Origin: Alphaproteobacteria bacterium UBA2784
Lineage (GTDB): Bacteria > Pseudomonadota > Alphaproteobacteria > Micropepsales > Micropepsaceae
NCBI GenBank assembly: GCA_002352285.1
Contig: DEIC01000011.1
Location: 480-64,479 of the forward strand
Length of the DNA stretch: 64,000 bases
Direction: 5' to 3'
Every line of letters starts with the position of its first letter. The stretch's first letter is position 1. Made by a program: the position numbers and the translations under genes. The notes under the pieces were generated by a model that was not told where the DNA came from, ran no database searches, and worked only from the letters and a program-made list of their open reading frames with translations. This document shows positions 43,361 through 52,715 of the stretch, piece after piece.

Positions 43361-43499
43361 GCCTCCGCCCGCGTGGTTTCACGCGGGGGAGGCCAGCGAT
43401 GCGCTTGCATCGCGGGTGGGGGAACGGGTTCCGAAGAAATGCCCCCACCCGGATCGCAAAGGCGATCCGACCTCCCCCGCAATGAATTGCGGAGGAGGT
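43361..43499 (+). repeat. five-hairpin intergenic repeat, subfamily 2 (reference copy)
   Basis: H1 43361-43392, H2 43396-43413, H3 43415-43450, H4 43451-43468, H5 43469-43499. Confidence 0.9.
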
Positions 43500-43585
43500 G
43501 CAGGCAAGGTGTATAAATCCAAGCACAGTCGGCACACCCCCCACCCCGCCCATATATTGCCGCAATGCGCGGATGAGGTTCGGCC

Positions 43586-44410
43586 ATGACCCTGCTTGCC
43601 CCGCTCTCGTTCATCATCCTTCTGGCCGCCGACACGACGGCTGCCAATCCGTGCGCCACAGGCTGGAGCGCGTGGGAGCGCGGCGATGGCCGCACCGCCC
43701 TGCCGCTGCTTGAGGAATGCATGGCAAGCGTGCCCATGCCGCGCAACGTGGCGGTCGAGATCAACAATGCCATCGGCGCCATCCGCTTTGGCAATCGCGA
43801 CTATCCGGGCGCAGTTGAGGCCTACACCGCCTCACTGGCGCTTCAACCTGCGCAGGCTGAAATCCTGACGTCACGCGGCGATGCCCATGCGCGTCAAAAG
43901 GCGATGGATGCGGCATTGGCTGATTACAATGCGGCGCTGGCGCTCGAGCCGCAAAACCCGCGCGCACTCTTTTCCCGCGCCGGGCTCTATCTGGAAACAG
44001 AGCGCGTGCCGCTTGCGCTCGCCGATATCGAAGCGGCCGGGCCGCAAATGGGTGATGACCCGATGCTCCATGTCACGCGCGGCATTCTCTTCCAGCGCGC
44101 CGGTGACAACAAGAAGGCCGTGCGTGATTTTTCCCGCGCGCTCGAACTTTCGCCAGACTATCCACCCGCGCTTTCAGGACGTTCGGTCTCCTATGCCAAT
44201 CAGGGCGAGGTGGATGAGGCGATCGCGGATGCCAGCCGCCTGATCGCGCTGTTGCCCGATGACGCGCGCGGCTATGCAGCTCTTGGCTTTGCCATGGAGC
44301 GCGACGGCGAAAGCCGCAAGGCACGCGAGAACTATGAGCGCGCCCTTGTCATTGATCCGGGCAATCCGCTGGCGCGCTCCGGCCTGCGCCGCCTTGACGG
44401 CGAAGACTGA
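43586..44410 (+). CDS. tetratricopeptide repeat protein, secreted
   Basis: Signal peptide followed by repeated A-x-x-D-Y-x-x-A-L-x-L-x-P TPR units. Confidence 0.8.
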   Translation: MTLLAPLSFIILLAADTTAANPCATGWSAWERGDGRTALPLLEECMASVPMPRNVAVEINNAIGAIRFGNRDYPGAVEAYTASLALQPAQAEILTSRGDAHARQKAMDAALADYNAALALEPQNPRALFSRAGLYLETERVPLALADIEAAGPQMGDDPMLHVTRGILFQRAGDNKKAVRDFSRALELSPDYPPALSGRSVSYANQGEVDEAIADASRLIALLPDDARGYAALGFAMERDGESRKARENYERALVIDPGNPLARSGLRRLDGED

Positions 44411-44413
44411 AAC

Positions 44414-44893
44414 CTATTTCAGCGCCGCATCAATCGCGGCACCCAGGGCCGGATCATGGGGCTCCATGCGGCTGCCGAATGTGCCCAGAAGCGCACCGTC
44501 TTTGCCGATCAGATATTTGTGGAAGTTCCAGCGCGGTGCGGCCGCCTCGCCCAGCGCGCCCGCAATCCATTTGTAGAGCGGATGCGCCTCTGCCCCGATG
44601 ACATGGTTCTTGGTGGTCAGCGGAAAATCAACGCCGTAACGCACTTCGCAGAATTCGACGACCTTTTCTTCGGACAGCGGTTCCTGCGCGCCGAAATCGT
44701 TCGACGGCACGCCCAGCACCACAAGCCCGTTGTCGCGCCGTGCCGCCCACAATTCCTGCAACCCCTTGAACTGCGGGGTCAGACCGCAGGCGCTGGCGGT
44801 GTTGACGACCAGCACCGCCTTGCCCTTGAACTTTGAAAGGGGCAGGGGCCCGCCCTCAATGGCCGTAAACGAGAAATCATGGGCATTGGTCAT
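44414..44893 (-). CDS. glutathione peroxidase
   Basis: VVNTASACGLTPQF active-site block, WNFHKYLI block. Confidence 0.9.
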   Translation of the reverse strand: MTNAHDFSFTAIEGGPLPLSKFKGKAVLVVNTASACGLTPQFKGLQELWAARRDNGLVVLGVPSNDFGAQEPLSEEKVVEFCEVRYGVDFPLTTKNHVIGAEAHPLYKWIAGALGEAAAPRWNFHKYLIGKDGALLGTFGSRMEPHDPALGAAIDAALK

Positions 44894-44989
44894 GGGCGGT
44901 TCTCCCGGGTTAAGCACCGTTTAAGGTTAACCGGTTGTCAATAACTGGCAAAGCACCATGGGGCAAAGGGGCAAATCGGCCCCCATCCC

Positions 44990-46312
44990 ATGGGTCAAGT
45001 CATGTCAGACAACACCGTCACCGACATTCTTGTCAGCTCGTCATCGGCAATGGTCGCGATCGGCCTTGCCCTCATCCTCAATCAGGCGGGCGGCCTTGAT
45101 GCGGCGCTCAGCGTGATTGCGGGCATCGTGATCTTTCTTGCGGCCGCTCAGGCCCACGCCATGGCGATCCGCCTGCGCGAACGCCGTCTCATCGAGGAAG
45201 AGTTGCTCGACCTGCGCCAGGAGAATGAGCGTCTGGCCGGTGAACTCCTTTCGACCTCAAAGCGCGTGACCAGCATGGTGGAGGGTCTTGAATCCCGCAC
45301 CACCGCGCGCTCACAGAAGGTCGTCAGCGAAGTGAAAATTCTTGAGACGCTGATCCGCCAGTTTGCCGATCAGGTTGTCTCGCGCGTCAAGCAGGTGGAG
45401 CAGGGCCAGCATGCCCGCGTGCAAGGCGGCGGCGACGCCCGCACGCTGCAACAGCATTTGCATGACGGTCTGGAACGGGGCGCCCTTTCGGCACAGCCCG
45501 GCCTCAAGACGATTGATGATCCGCGGCTTCTCTCCCTCATCCAGTCATCGCTGGTTGAAAACCGCGTGGACCTGCATCTGCAGCCCGTCGTCACGCTGCC
45601 TCAGCGCAAGCTGCGCTTTTATGAGGGCCTGACGCGCCTGCGCACGTCGGATGGCAAGCTCATCATGCCCTCGCAATATCTGCGCGTTGCAGAGCCTGCC
45701 GGCCTCATGTCCACCATTGATAATCTGCTGCTTTTCCGCTGTGTGCAGATCATGCAGCGCCTTGCCCAGAAGTCGAGCGACACGGGCGTCTTCTGCAACA
45801 TCTCCGCGCACTCGCTGAAGGATCAGTCCTTCTTCCCGCAATTCATCGAGTTCATGAAGCATCACCGGGAACTGTCGGGCCAGCTGATTTTCGAGTTCTC
45901 GCAAGGAACGCTCGACGCCATCGGCCCGGCAGAGGAGGCAAGCCTCCACTTCCTCGCCGATCTTGGCTTCTCGTTCTCGCTCGATCACGTCACCCGGCTT
46001 GATCTGGATGTGCGGCGCCTGCGCCTGCTTGGCTTCCGTCATGTGAAAGTGCCCGCAAGCCTGCTGCTCGATGCCAATGCCAAGGCGGCAAGCAAGCTCG
46101 ACCGCAACGATCTGCGCCTGCTTCTGGAACGCAACGGCATCAACCTGATCGCCGAGCGCATCGAGACCGAGCGTCAGGTGGTGGACATTCTCGACATGGG
46201 CATCGTGTTTGGGCAGGGCTATCTGTTCGGTGAACCGCGCCCCCTGCGCGAGGGCGTGGTCGATGGCGCCGCCGACACCGCCCCGCTGCCGCTCAAACGC
46301 GCGGTGGCGTGA
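44990..46312 (+). CDS. EAL domain-containing protein with N-terminal TM and coiled-coil region (putative c-di-GMP phosphodiesterase)
   Basis: C-terminal EAL-fold blocks (FYEGLTRLR, FSLDHV, AERIETE, GQGYLFGEP). Confidence 0.8.
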   Translation: MGQVMSDNTVTDILVSSSSAMVAIGLALILNQAGGLDAALSVIAGIVIFLAAAQAHAMAIRLRERRLIEEELLDLRQENERLAGELLSTSKRVTSMVEGLESRTTARSQKVVSEVKILETLIRQFADQVVSRVKQVEQGQHARVQGGGDARTLQQHLHDGLERGALSAQPGLKTIDDPRLLSLIQSSLVENRVDLHLQPVVTLPQRKLRFYEGLTRLRTSDGKLIMPSQYLRVAEPAGLMSTIDNLLLFRCVQIMQRLAQKSSDTGVFCNISAHSLKDQSFFPQFIEFMKHHRELSGQLIFEFSQGTLDAIGPAEEASLHFLADLGFSFSLDHVTRLDLDVRRLRLLGFRHVKVPASLLLDANAKAASKLDRNDLRLLLERNGINLIAERIETERQVVDILDMGIVFGQGYLFGEPRPLREGVVDGAADTAPLPLKRAVA

Positions 46313-46324
46313 GGATGCCGCTTC

Positions 46325-46500
46325 CGCCTCCCCCGAATTGGGGGTGAGCGGAGCGCAAGGATTTGCGCCGTTCGGGCAAATCGGTGGGGGGCACCATCGA
46401 TAGACTCAATACAGCTTCCCGCAACCCCACCGGACTCGCTGTCGCGGCGCTCCAGCAAGTCCCTTGCGCTCGGCTCACCCCTTTAAGAAAAGGGGAGGCC
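46325..46500 (-). repeat. five-hairpin intergenic repeat, subfamily 1, copy C (partly degenerate)
   Basis: The central CGGTGGGGGGCACCAT...CCCGCAACCCCACCGG is nearly identical to copy B. Terminal CTCACCCC-TTTAAGAAA-AGGGGAGGCC. Confidence 0.8.
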
Positions 46501-46577
46501 CAAGAGTAAGAGATGACAATTGCGGACACCGCATTTCAATTTGACACCTGCGCCGCACCATGCGACCCGCCTGTCGC

Positions 46578-47444
46578 ATGACTGAATTGCTGCTATCCCT
46601 CTCTCGCCTCGCCCCGCGCTTTGACGCCGTCATCTGCGATGTCTGGGGCGTCATCCACAATGGCAAGACGCCCTATCTCAAGGCCGCCGAGGCCCTGAAG
46701 GAATTTCGAGACACGCACGGGCCGGTGCTGCTGCTTTCCAATGCGCCACGCCCCGCTGATGATGTGGCGCGCCATCTCGCGGGCATGGGCGTGCCAAAAG
46801 ACGCCTTCGACATGATCCTCACTTCGGGCGATGCCACGGTGAGCGAACTGACCGAGCGAACGAAAAGGGGCGCTCTCAAGATCTTTCACATCGGGCCCGA
46901 ACGCGATCATGGCCTCTTCAAACACGCGGCCATCATTCTGACGCGCGCAGAGGAGGCCAATCTGTGCGTCTGTTCCGGCCTCTTTGATGATGAGAATGAA
47001 ACGCCGGAAGATTACCGCGACACGCTTGCGCTTCTGAAAGCGCACGACATCGAAATGATCTGCGCCAACCCCGACCACAAGGTCGAACGCGGCGAGAAGC
47101 TCATCTTCTGTGCGGGCGCGATTGCCCATGCTTATGAGCAGATTGGCGGCAAGGTGCTCTGGCTGGGCAAGCCGCATGCCCCTGTCTATCAGCGCGCGCT
47201 CGCCATGCTGGCGGCAAAGGCGGGCCATGCGCTTGCGCCTGCGCGCGTGCTTGCCATCGGCGATGCACTGGCCACCGACATTACGGGCGCCAACCGCATG
47301 GGTCTGGGCGCACTCCTGATTACGGGTGGCATCCATGCGGAACAATTTGGCGGCCACGCGCTCGAACCCGATGCCGCAACGGTCGCCCGCGCATTGGCCG
47401 AGCATGGCCTGCGCGTTGACGGCATGATGCCAAGATTGGTGTGA
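46578..47444 (+). CDS. HAD-superfamily class IIA hydrolase (TIGR01459-like)
   Basis: CDVWGVIHNG nucleophile block, LLSNAPR, IGDALATDI. Confidence 0.8.
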   Translation: MTELLLSLSRLAPRFDAVICDVWGVIHNGKTPYLKAAEALKEFRDTHGPVLLLSNAPRPADDVARHLAGMGVPKDAFDMILTSGDATVSELTERTKRGALKIFHIGPERDHGLFKHAAIILTRAEEANLCVCSGLFDDENETPEDYRDTLALLKAHDIEMICANPDHKVERGEKLIFCAGAIAHAYEQIGGKVLWLGKPHAPVYQRALAMLAAKAGHALAPARVLAIGDALATDITGANRMGLGALLITGGIHAEQFGGHALEPDAATVARALAEHGLRVDGMMPRLV

Positions 47445-47457
47445 GGAAGAGCGTCTC

Positions 47458-47596
47458 AACCTCCTCCGCGTGGGACACGCGGGGGAGGTCGGATCGCACT
47501 TGCGATCCGGGTGGGGGCAACTCTTCTCGCCGCTATCCCCCACCCGCGATGCAAGCGCATCGCTGGCCTCCCCCGCAACAAGTTGCGGGCGGAGGC
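47458..47596 (-). repeat. five-hairpin intergenic repeat, subfamily 2 (inverted orientation)
   Basis: Reverse-complement module order relative to the 43361 copy. Confidence 0.85.
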
Positions 47597-47680
47597 GAAA
47601 GAAGAAGCGAGCCCCCCGCCTTGCGTCATGCGCAGCGCCTCTGTCTAATGCGCCACCATTCCCATCAGGCGGCGCCATCC

Positions 47681-48094
47681 ATGTCTTTGACCATCGACAA
47701 GATCTCTATCGGCCTTTCGGCTTCGTACGAACGCACCATCACCGAGAAGGACATCGCACTTTTTGGCGAAGTCTCGGGTGACATGAACCCGGTGCATTTC
47801 GATGAAGCCTATGCCGCCACCACCATGTTCAAGACGCGCATCGCGCATGGCATGCTGTCGGCTGGTTTCTTTTCGACCATCCTCGGCACCAAGCTGCCTG
47901 GCCCCGGCGCGATCTATCTGGGCCAGACCTTGCGCTTCAAGGCGCCGGTCAAGATCGGCGATCATGTGGTCGCCACCTGCACGGTCACGAAGACCTGGCC
48001 GGAAAAGCGCCGCGCCGAACTTTCCTGCGTCGCCAAAGTCGGTGACAATGTGGTGATCGAGGGTGAGGCGCTGGTGATGGCGCCCGCCGCCTAG
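47681..48094 (+). CDS. MaoC family dehydratase (R-specific enoyl-CoA hydratase-like)
   Basis: GDMNPVHFD hydratase motif and IAHGML. ATG at 47681; the called ORF extends upstream through the repeat. Confidence 0.85.
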   Translation: MSLTIDKISIGLSASYERTITEKDIALFGEVSGDMNPVHFDEAYAATTMFKTRIAHGMLSAGFFSTILGTKLPGPGAIYLGQTLRFKAPVKIGDHVVATCTVTKTWPEKRRAELSCVAKVGDNVVIEGEALVMAPAA

Positions 48095-48102
48095 ATCAAT
48101 TC

Positions 48103-49062
48103 ATGCTGATTTTCCGCCGCCCAGGAACGCTTGGCCCAGCTCATCGCGGGGCGGTGGTGGCGCTTGGCAATTTCGATGGCGTCCATCGCGGCCATCAGGC
48201 GCTGCTGGCAGAGACCTGCGCCGTCGCTGCGCGCGAAAAGACGAAGCCCGGCGCGATCATTTTTGAGCCGCACCCGCAGCGTTTCTTCAGGCGCGATGCG
48301 CCGCCCTTCCGCCTCACGCCCTTCCGGCCCAAGACGCATTTGATCGCGGCAAGCGGGATCAGGCTTCTGTTCGCATTGCCGTTTGATGCGGCGATGGCGG
48401 CAACCAGCGCCGAACACTTTGTTGAGCACATTCTCGTGCGCGATCTGGGCGTACGCCATGTGCTGACGGGCGCTGATTTCCTGTTCGGAAAAGATCGCGG
48501 CGGCAATGTTGCCCTTCTGCGCGCCATGGGTGAGCGGCTTGGCTTTGCCGTCACGACCTTTGGCACGGTTGCCTCACCTGCGGGCGCAAAAATTTCCTCA
48601 ACCCTCATCCGCAATGCGCTGCGCGAAGGGCGCATGGATGATGCAGGCTGGGCGCTGGGCCATTACTGGACGGTCGAGGGCCGCGTACAGCCGGGCGACA
48701 GGCGCGGCCGCACCATCGGATTCCCAACCGCCAATGTCTCCCTCAAGGATTACATCGAACCGGCCTTGGGCGTTTATGCCGTGCGCGTGACATTGGGCGA
48801 GGGTGGCTCTGCGCGCACCTATGACGGCGTTGCCAATTTTGGCCGCCGCCCGACCTTCGACAATAAGGATGTGCTGCTGGAGGTGCACCTGTTCGATTAT
48901 GCGGGTGATCTTTATGGCCAGCACATCGCGGTGTCGTTCATTGCCCGCCTGCGTGCCGAACAGAAATTTGCGGGCCTTGATGCCTTGAAGGCCCAGATTG
49001 CCCGCGATGCAGCAACCGCCCGCGAAATCCTGGCGCGGGCGCCCGCCAAACCACCCATTTGA
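48103..49062 (+). CDS. ribF: bifunctional riboflavin kinase/FMN adenylyltransferase
   Basis: GNFDGVHRGH, GFPTAN, and the C-terminal kinase block. Confidence 0.92.
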   Translation: MLIFRRPGTLGPAHRGAVVALGNFDGVHRGHQALLAETCAVAAREKTKPGAIIFEPHPQRFFRRDAPPFRLTPFRPKTHLIAASGIRLLFALPFDAAMAATSAEHFVEHILVRDLGVRHVLTGADFLFGKDRGGNVALLRAMGERLGFAVTTFGTVASPAGAKISSTLIRNALREGRMDDAGWALGHYWTVEGRVQPGDRRGRTIGFPTANVSLKDYIEPALGVYAVRVTLGEGGSARTYDGVANFGRRPTFDNKDVLLEVHLFDYAGDLYGQHIAVSFIARLRAEQKFAGLDALKAQIARDAATAREILARAPAKPPI

Positions 49063-49154
49063 ACGCAACTTTCCCCTGACATTTGCAGCCAAACCGGCTA
49101 GACATGCCGCCGTCCGCCGGACTGCGTCTGGCCCCAGATCAGGGTCTCTGCCAC

Positions 49155-52097
49155 ATGACTACGCCCGAAAGCCCCAAGGGGGCAGGGCGCGCGCCAGAAG
49201 GCGCCGCCAAACCTGAATCCAAGAGCGCCTACAAGGATACCGTGTTCCTGCCGAACACGCCCTTTCCCATGCGCGCAGGCTTGAACAAGTCAGAGCCCGA
49301 ATGGCTCGCCCGCTGGAAAAAGATCGGGCTCTATCAGCGCCAGCGCGAACAGGCCAAGGGCCGCAGGAAATTCATTTTCCATGATGGCCCGCCATACGCG
49401 AACGCCAACATCCATCTCGGCACGGCCTTCAACAAGACGCTGAAGGATTTCGTTGCGCGCAGCCGCCAGATGATGGGCTTTGATACGCCCTATGTGCATG
49501 GCTGGGACTGCCACGGCCTTCCCATCGAATGGAAGATCGAGGAGCAATACCGCGCCAAGGGCCAGAACAAGGATGCTGTGCCCCTCGTTGAGTTCCGCGC
49601 CGAGTGTCGAGCCTTTGCCGCGCACTGGATGGAAGTGCAGAAGTCGGAATTCATCCGCATCGGCTGCAATGGCGACTGGGATCATCCCTATACGACCATG
49701 CATTTTGCCGCCGAAGCGCAGATCGTGCGCGAGCTGCAGAAATTCCTGATGAACGGACTTCTTTATCGCGGCTCAAAGCCGGTGATGTGGTCGCCGGTGG
49801 AAAAGACCGCGCTGGCCGAAGCCGAAGTTGAATATCACGACAAGAACTCGCCCCAGATCTGGGTCGCGTTCAAGGTGGTGAAGGGCCCCGCCGCCATCAG
49901 CGATGCACGCATCGTCATCTGGACGACGACACCGTGGACCATCCCCGGCAACCGCGCCATCTCCTACTCCAGCCGCATCGCCTATGGCATTTATCAGCGC
50001 GCCGACAATGGCGAGAAGCTGGTGCTCGCCGACACGCTGGCGGAAAGCGTCGCCAAGGAGATCAAGACCGAACTCAAGCGCATCGCTGATGCGCCGGACC
50101 TTGCGGGCGTCATCTGCGCCCATCCCTTCCGTGGCGTTGCGGGCGCAGACGGCGGTTATGATTTTGATGTGCCGCTGCTGGATGGCGACCACGTGACGGA
50201 TGATGCCGGCACCGGCTTTGTCCATACCGCGCCCGGCCATGGTGCGGACGACTTCGACATCTGGAAGCGCAATTTCCCGGATGCCGAAATCCCGTTCACC
50301 GTCGCCGAAGATGGCTCCTACTACCCCCATGTGCCGCTGTTCGCCGGACTTCTGATCATGAAGCCGGATGGCAAGGATGCCGATGCCAACCGCGCGGTCA
50401 TGGCGAAAATGACGGAAGTGGGTGCGCTCATTGCATCGGGCCGCTTTGTCCATTCCTATCCGCACTCCTGGCGCTCCAAGGCGCCCGTCATCTTCCGCAA
50501 CACGCCGCAATGGTTTGTGGCGCTGGACAAACCCTTCGCTGCGGAAGGCGAGATTGATTACGGCCCCTCCTTGCGCGAACGGGCGCTGGCCGCGATCGAC
50601 GCGACAGACTTCTATCCCGAGCGCGGCCGCAACCGTCTGCGCGCGATGGTGGAAACGCGGCCCGACTGGGTTCTGTCCCGCCAGCGCGCCTGGGGCGTGC
50701 CGCTCACCCTGTTTGTGGAGAAAGCCACCGGCAATCTCCTCAAGGATGCTGCCGTCAACAAGCGCATCGCCGATGCGGTTGAGGCGCGCGGCGCCGATGC
50801 GTGGTACACGGATGATCCGCAGACCTTCCTTGGGTCCGCCTACAAGGCGGATGATTATGAACAGGTCCGCGACATTCTCGATGTCTGGTTCGACTCCGGC
50901 TCAACCCACGCCTTTGTGCTGGAAGATCAGGTGGACGCGGCATGGACGCACATCTGGCCCGCCGATCTTTATCTCGAAGGGTCTGACCAGCATCGCGGCT
51001 GGTTCCAGGCGTCGCTGCTGGAATCCTGTGGCACGCGCGGGCGTGCGCCCTATCGCGCGGTCGTGACCCACGGCTTCATCGTCGATGGCCAGGGCCGCAA
51101 GATGTCGAAGTCGCTCGGCAACGTGATCTCGCCGGTTGATGTGGCGAACGAGCAGGGTGCCGACATATTGCGTCTGTGGGCAGCGTCCGCCGACTACGGC
51201 ATGGACCCGCCATTGGACAAGGCGATCCTGGCCAAAGTGGGCGAAAGCTACCGCAAGCTCAGGAACACGCTGCGCTATCTTCTGGGCGCGCTCGACGGCT
51301 TTGACGAAAAGGCAGAGCACGTCGCGGATGGCGATCTGCCGCCGCTGGAGCGCTACATGCGCCACCGCCTCACCGAAGTAAGTCACGAGGTGCGCGAAGG
51401 CTTTTCCGGTTACGATTTCATCCGCGCCTATACCGCGCTCAACACCTTCATGGTGAATGACCTCTCGGCCTTCTATCTCGATATCCGGAAAGATGCGCTT
51501 TATTGCGATGAGCCCACCTCGTTGCGCCGCCGCGCGACGCGCCAGTTCATGAACGAGGCGTTCCGTGCGCTCGCTGCCTGGCTTGCGCCCATTCTGCCGT
51601 TCACGTCGGAAGAGGCGTGGCTGACCCGTTATCCGGGTGAGACCAACTCGGTGCATCTGGAGCTTTGGCCGGACTTCCCGGCTGCATGGAAGAACGAGGC
51701 GCTGGCAGCAAACTGGCAGCGCATGCGCGATCTGCGCCGCGTTGTGACAGGCGCGCTGGAACTGCGCCGCGCCGCCAAGGAGATCGGTTCCAGCCTTGAA
51801 GCCGCGCCGACGCTTTATCTGGCCCGCGCCGAAGATCGTGCGCTTCTCAATGCAGCGCTGTTGGCCGAGATTGCCATCACGTCGTCTGCATTCATTGCCG
51901 AGGGTGACGGCCCCGCCGATGCCTTCCGCCTGCCCGATGTCGCGGATGCCTCCGTCACCTTTGCCATGGCAAAGGGCATGAAGTGTGAGCGGTGCTGGAA
52001 GACGCTGGAGGACACAGGCAGCGATCCGGCATTCCCCGGCACCTGCAGGCGTTGTGCTCACGCCCTGCACCAGCGCAAGGCGCATGGCGGCGCGTGA
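49155..52097 (+). CDS. ileS: isoleucine--tRNA ligase
   Basis: PYANANIHLGT (HIGH-type), KMSKS, C-terminal Zn-finger CERCW...CRRC. Confidence 0.97.
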   Translation: MTTPESPKGAGRAPEGAAKPESKSAYKDTVFLPNTPFPMRAGLNKSEPEWLARWKKIGLYQRQREQAKGRRKFIFHDGPPYANANIHLGTAFNKTLKDFVARSRQMMGFDTPYVHGWDCHGLPIEWKIEEQYRAKGQNKDAVPLVEFRAECRAFAAHWMEVQKSEFIRIGCNGDWDHPYTTMHFAAEAQIVRELQKFLMNGLLYRGSKPVMWSPVEKTALAEAEVEYHDKNSPQIWVAFKVVKGPAAISDARIVIWTTTPWTIPGNRAISYSSRIAYGIYQRADNGEKLVLADTLAESVAKEIKTELKRIADAPDLAGVICAHPFRGVAGADGGYDFDVPLLDGDHVTDDAGTGFVHTAPGHGADDFDIWKRNFPDAEIPFTVAEDGSYYPHVPLFAGLLIMKPDGKDADANRAVMAKMTEVGALIASGRFVHSYPHSWRSKAPVIFRNTPQWFVALDKPFAAEGEIDYGPSLRERALAAIDATDFYPERGRNRLRAMVETRPDWVLSRQRAWGVPLTLFVEKATGNLLKDAAVNKRIADAVEARGADAWYTDDPQTFLGSAYKADDYEQVRDILDVWFDSGSTHAFVLEDQVDAAWTHIWPADLYLEGSDQHRGWFQASLLESCGTRGRAPYRAVVTHGFIVDGQGRKMSKSLGNVISPVDVANEQGADILRLWAASADYGMDPPLDKAILAKVGESYRKLRNTLRYLLGALDGFDEKAEHVADGDLPPLERYMRHRLTEVSHEVREGFSGYDFIRAYTALNTFMVNDLSAFYLDIRKDALYCDEPTSLRRRATRQFMNEAFRALAAWLAPILPFTSEEAWLTRYPGETNSVHLELWPDFPAAWKNEALAANWQRMRDLRRVVTGALELRRAAKEIGSSLEAAPTLYLARAEDRALLNAALLAEIAITSSAFIAEGDGPADAFRLPDVADASVTFAMAKGMKCERCWKTLEDTGSDPAFPGTCRRCAHALHQRKAHGGA

Positions 52098-52681
52098 TGG
52101 CAAACGCCCCTTCTGCACCGCCTTCGGCTCAGCTGACCCCGCACGGGGCATCTTTTGCGCGGCTGGGGGGAATCTGGGCGCTGGCAACCCTGATTCTTGA
52201 CCAGCTGGTGAAGGCGGTCTTCCTTTATGGATACGATTTCATCTCCTGTGCCCCTTGCGCGCCGTGGCTGGAAGGCGAGAATCTGTGCCTGCCGTGTCCG
52301 CCGGTCGAGGTGACGGGCTTTCTGAATTTCGTGATGGTCTGGAACACAGGCGTGAGTTTCGGCCTGTTTGCAGCCGGAAGCCTTGCAGGCACGCTGGTGC
52401 TGGTGGGTTTTTCGGTTGGAATGTCGGTCCTTCTGGGCGTCTGGCTCATGCGGGCCGAAAACGCGAATCTGGCGCTGGGCCTGGGGCTCGTGATCGGCGG
52501 GGCGCTGGGCAATGCGATCGACCGGGCGATTTACGGGGCGGTTGCAGACTTTTTCCAGTTCCATGCCTTCGGCTATGACTGGTATGTATTCAACGTGGCG
52601 GATGCCGGGATCTTCTTTGGTGTTGTCTTCATCCTGCTCGACTCGCTTGGCCTTGGGCCATGGCGGACGCGCAATGAATGA
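52097..52681 (+). CDS. lspA: signal peptidase II (lipoprotein signal peptidase)
   Basis: NTGVSFG, GNAIDR, FNVADA blocks. Its ATG overlaps the ileS TGA. Confidence 0.92.
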   Translation: MANAPSAPPSAQLTPHGASFARLGGIWALATLILDQLVKAVFLYGYDFISCAPCAPWLEGENLCLPCPPVEVTGFLNFVMVWNTGVSFGLFAAGSLAGTLVLVGFSVGMSVLLGVWLMRAENANLALGLGLVIGGALGNAIDRAIYGAVADFFQFHAFGYDWYVFNVADAGIFFGVVFILLDSLGLGPWRTRNE

Positions 52682-52715
52682 TGCGGAGCCGGACAGAAAA
52701 CGAGGAACGAACGTG

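Noticed and set aside
44925-44936. Overlapping 8-bp palindromes GGTTAACC and AACCGGTT between the glutathione peroxidase and EAL genes.
   Set aside because: They are short, restriction-site-like palindromes with no flanking symmetry or second copy. That is too little information to call an operator.
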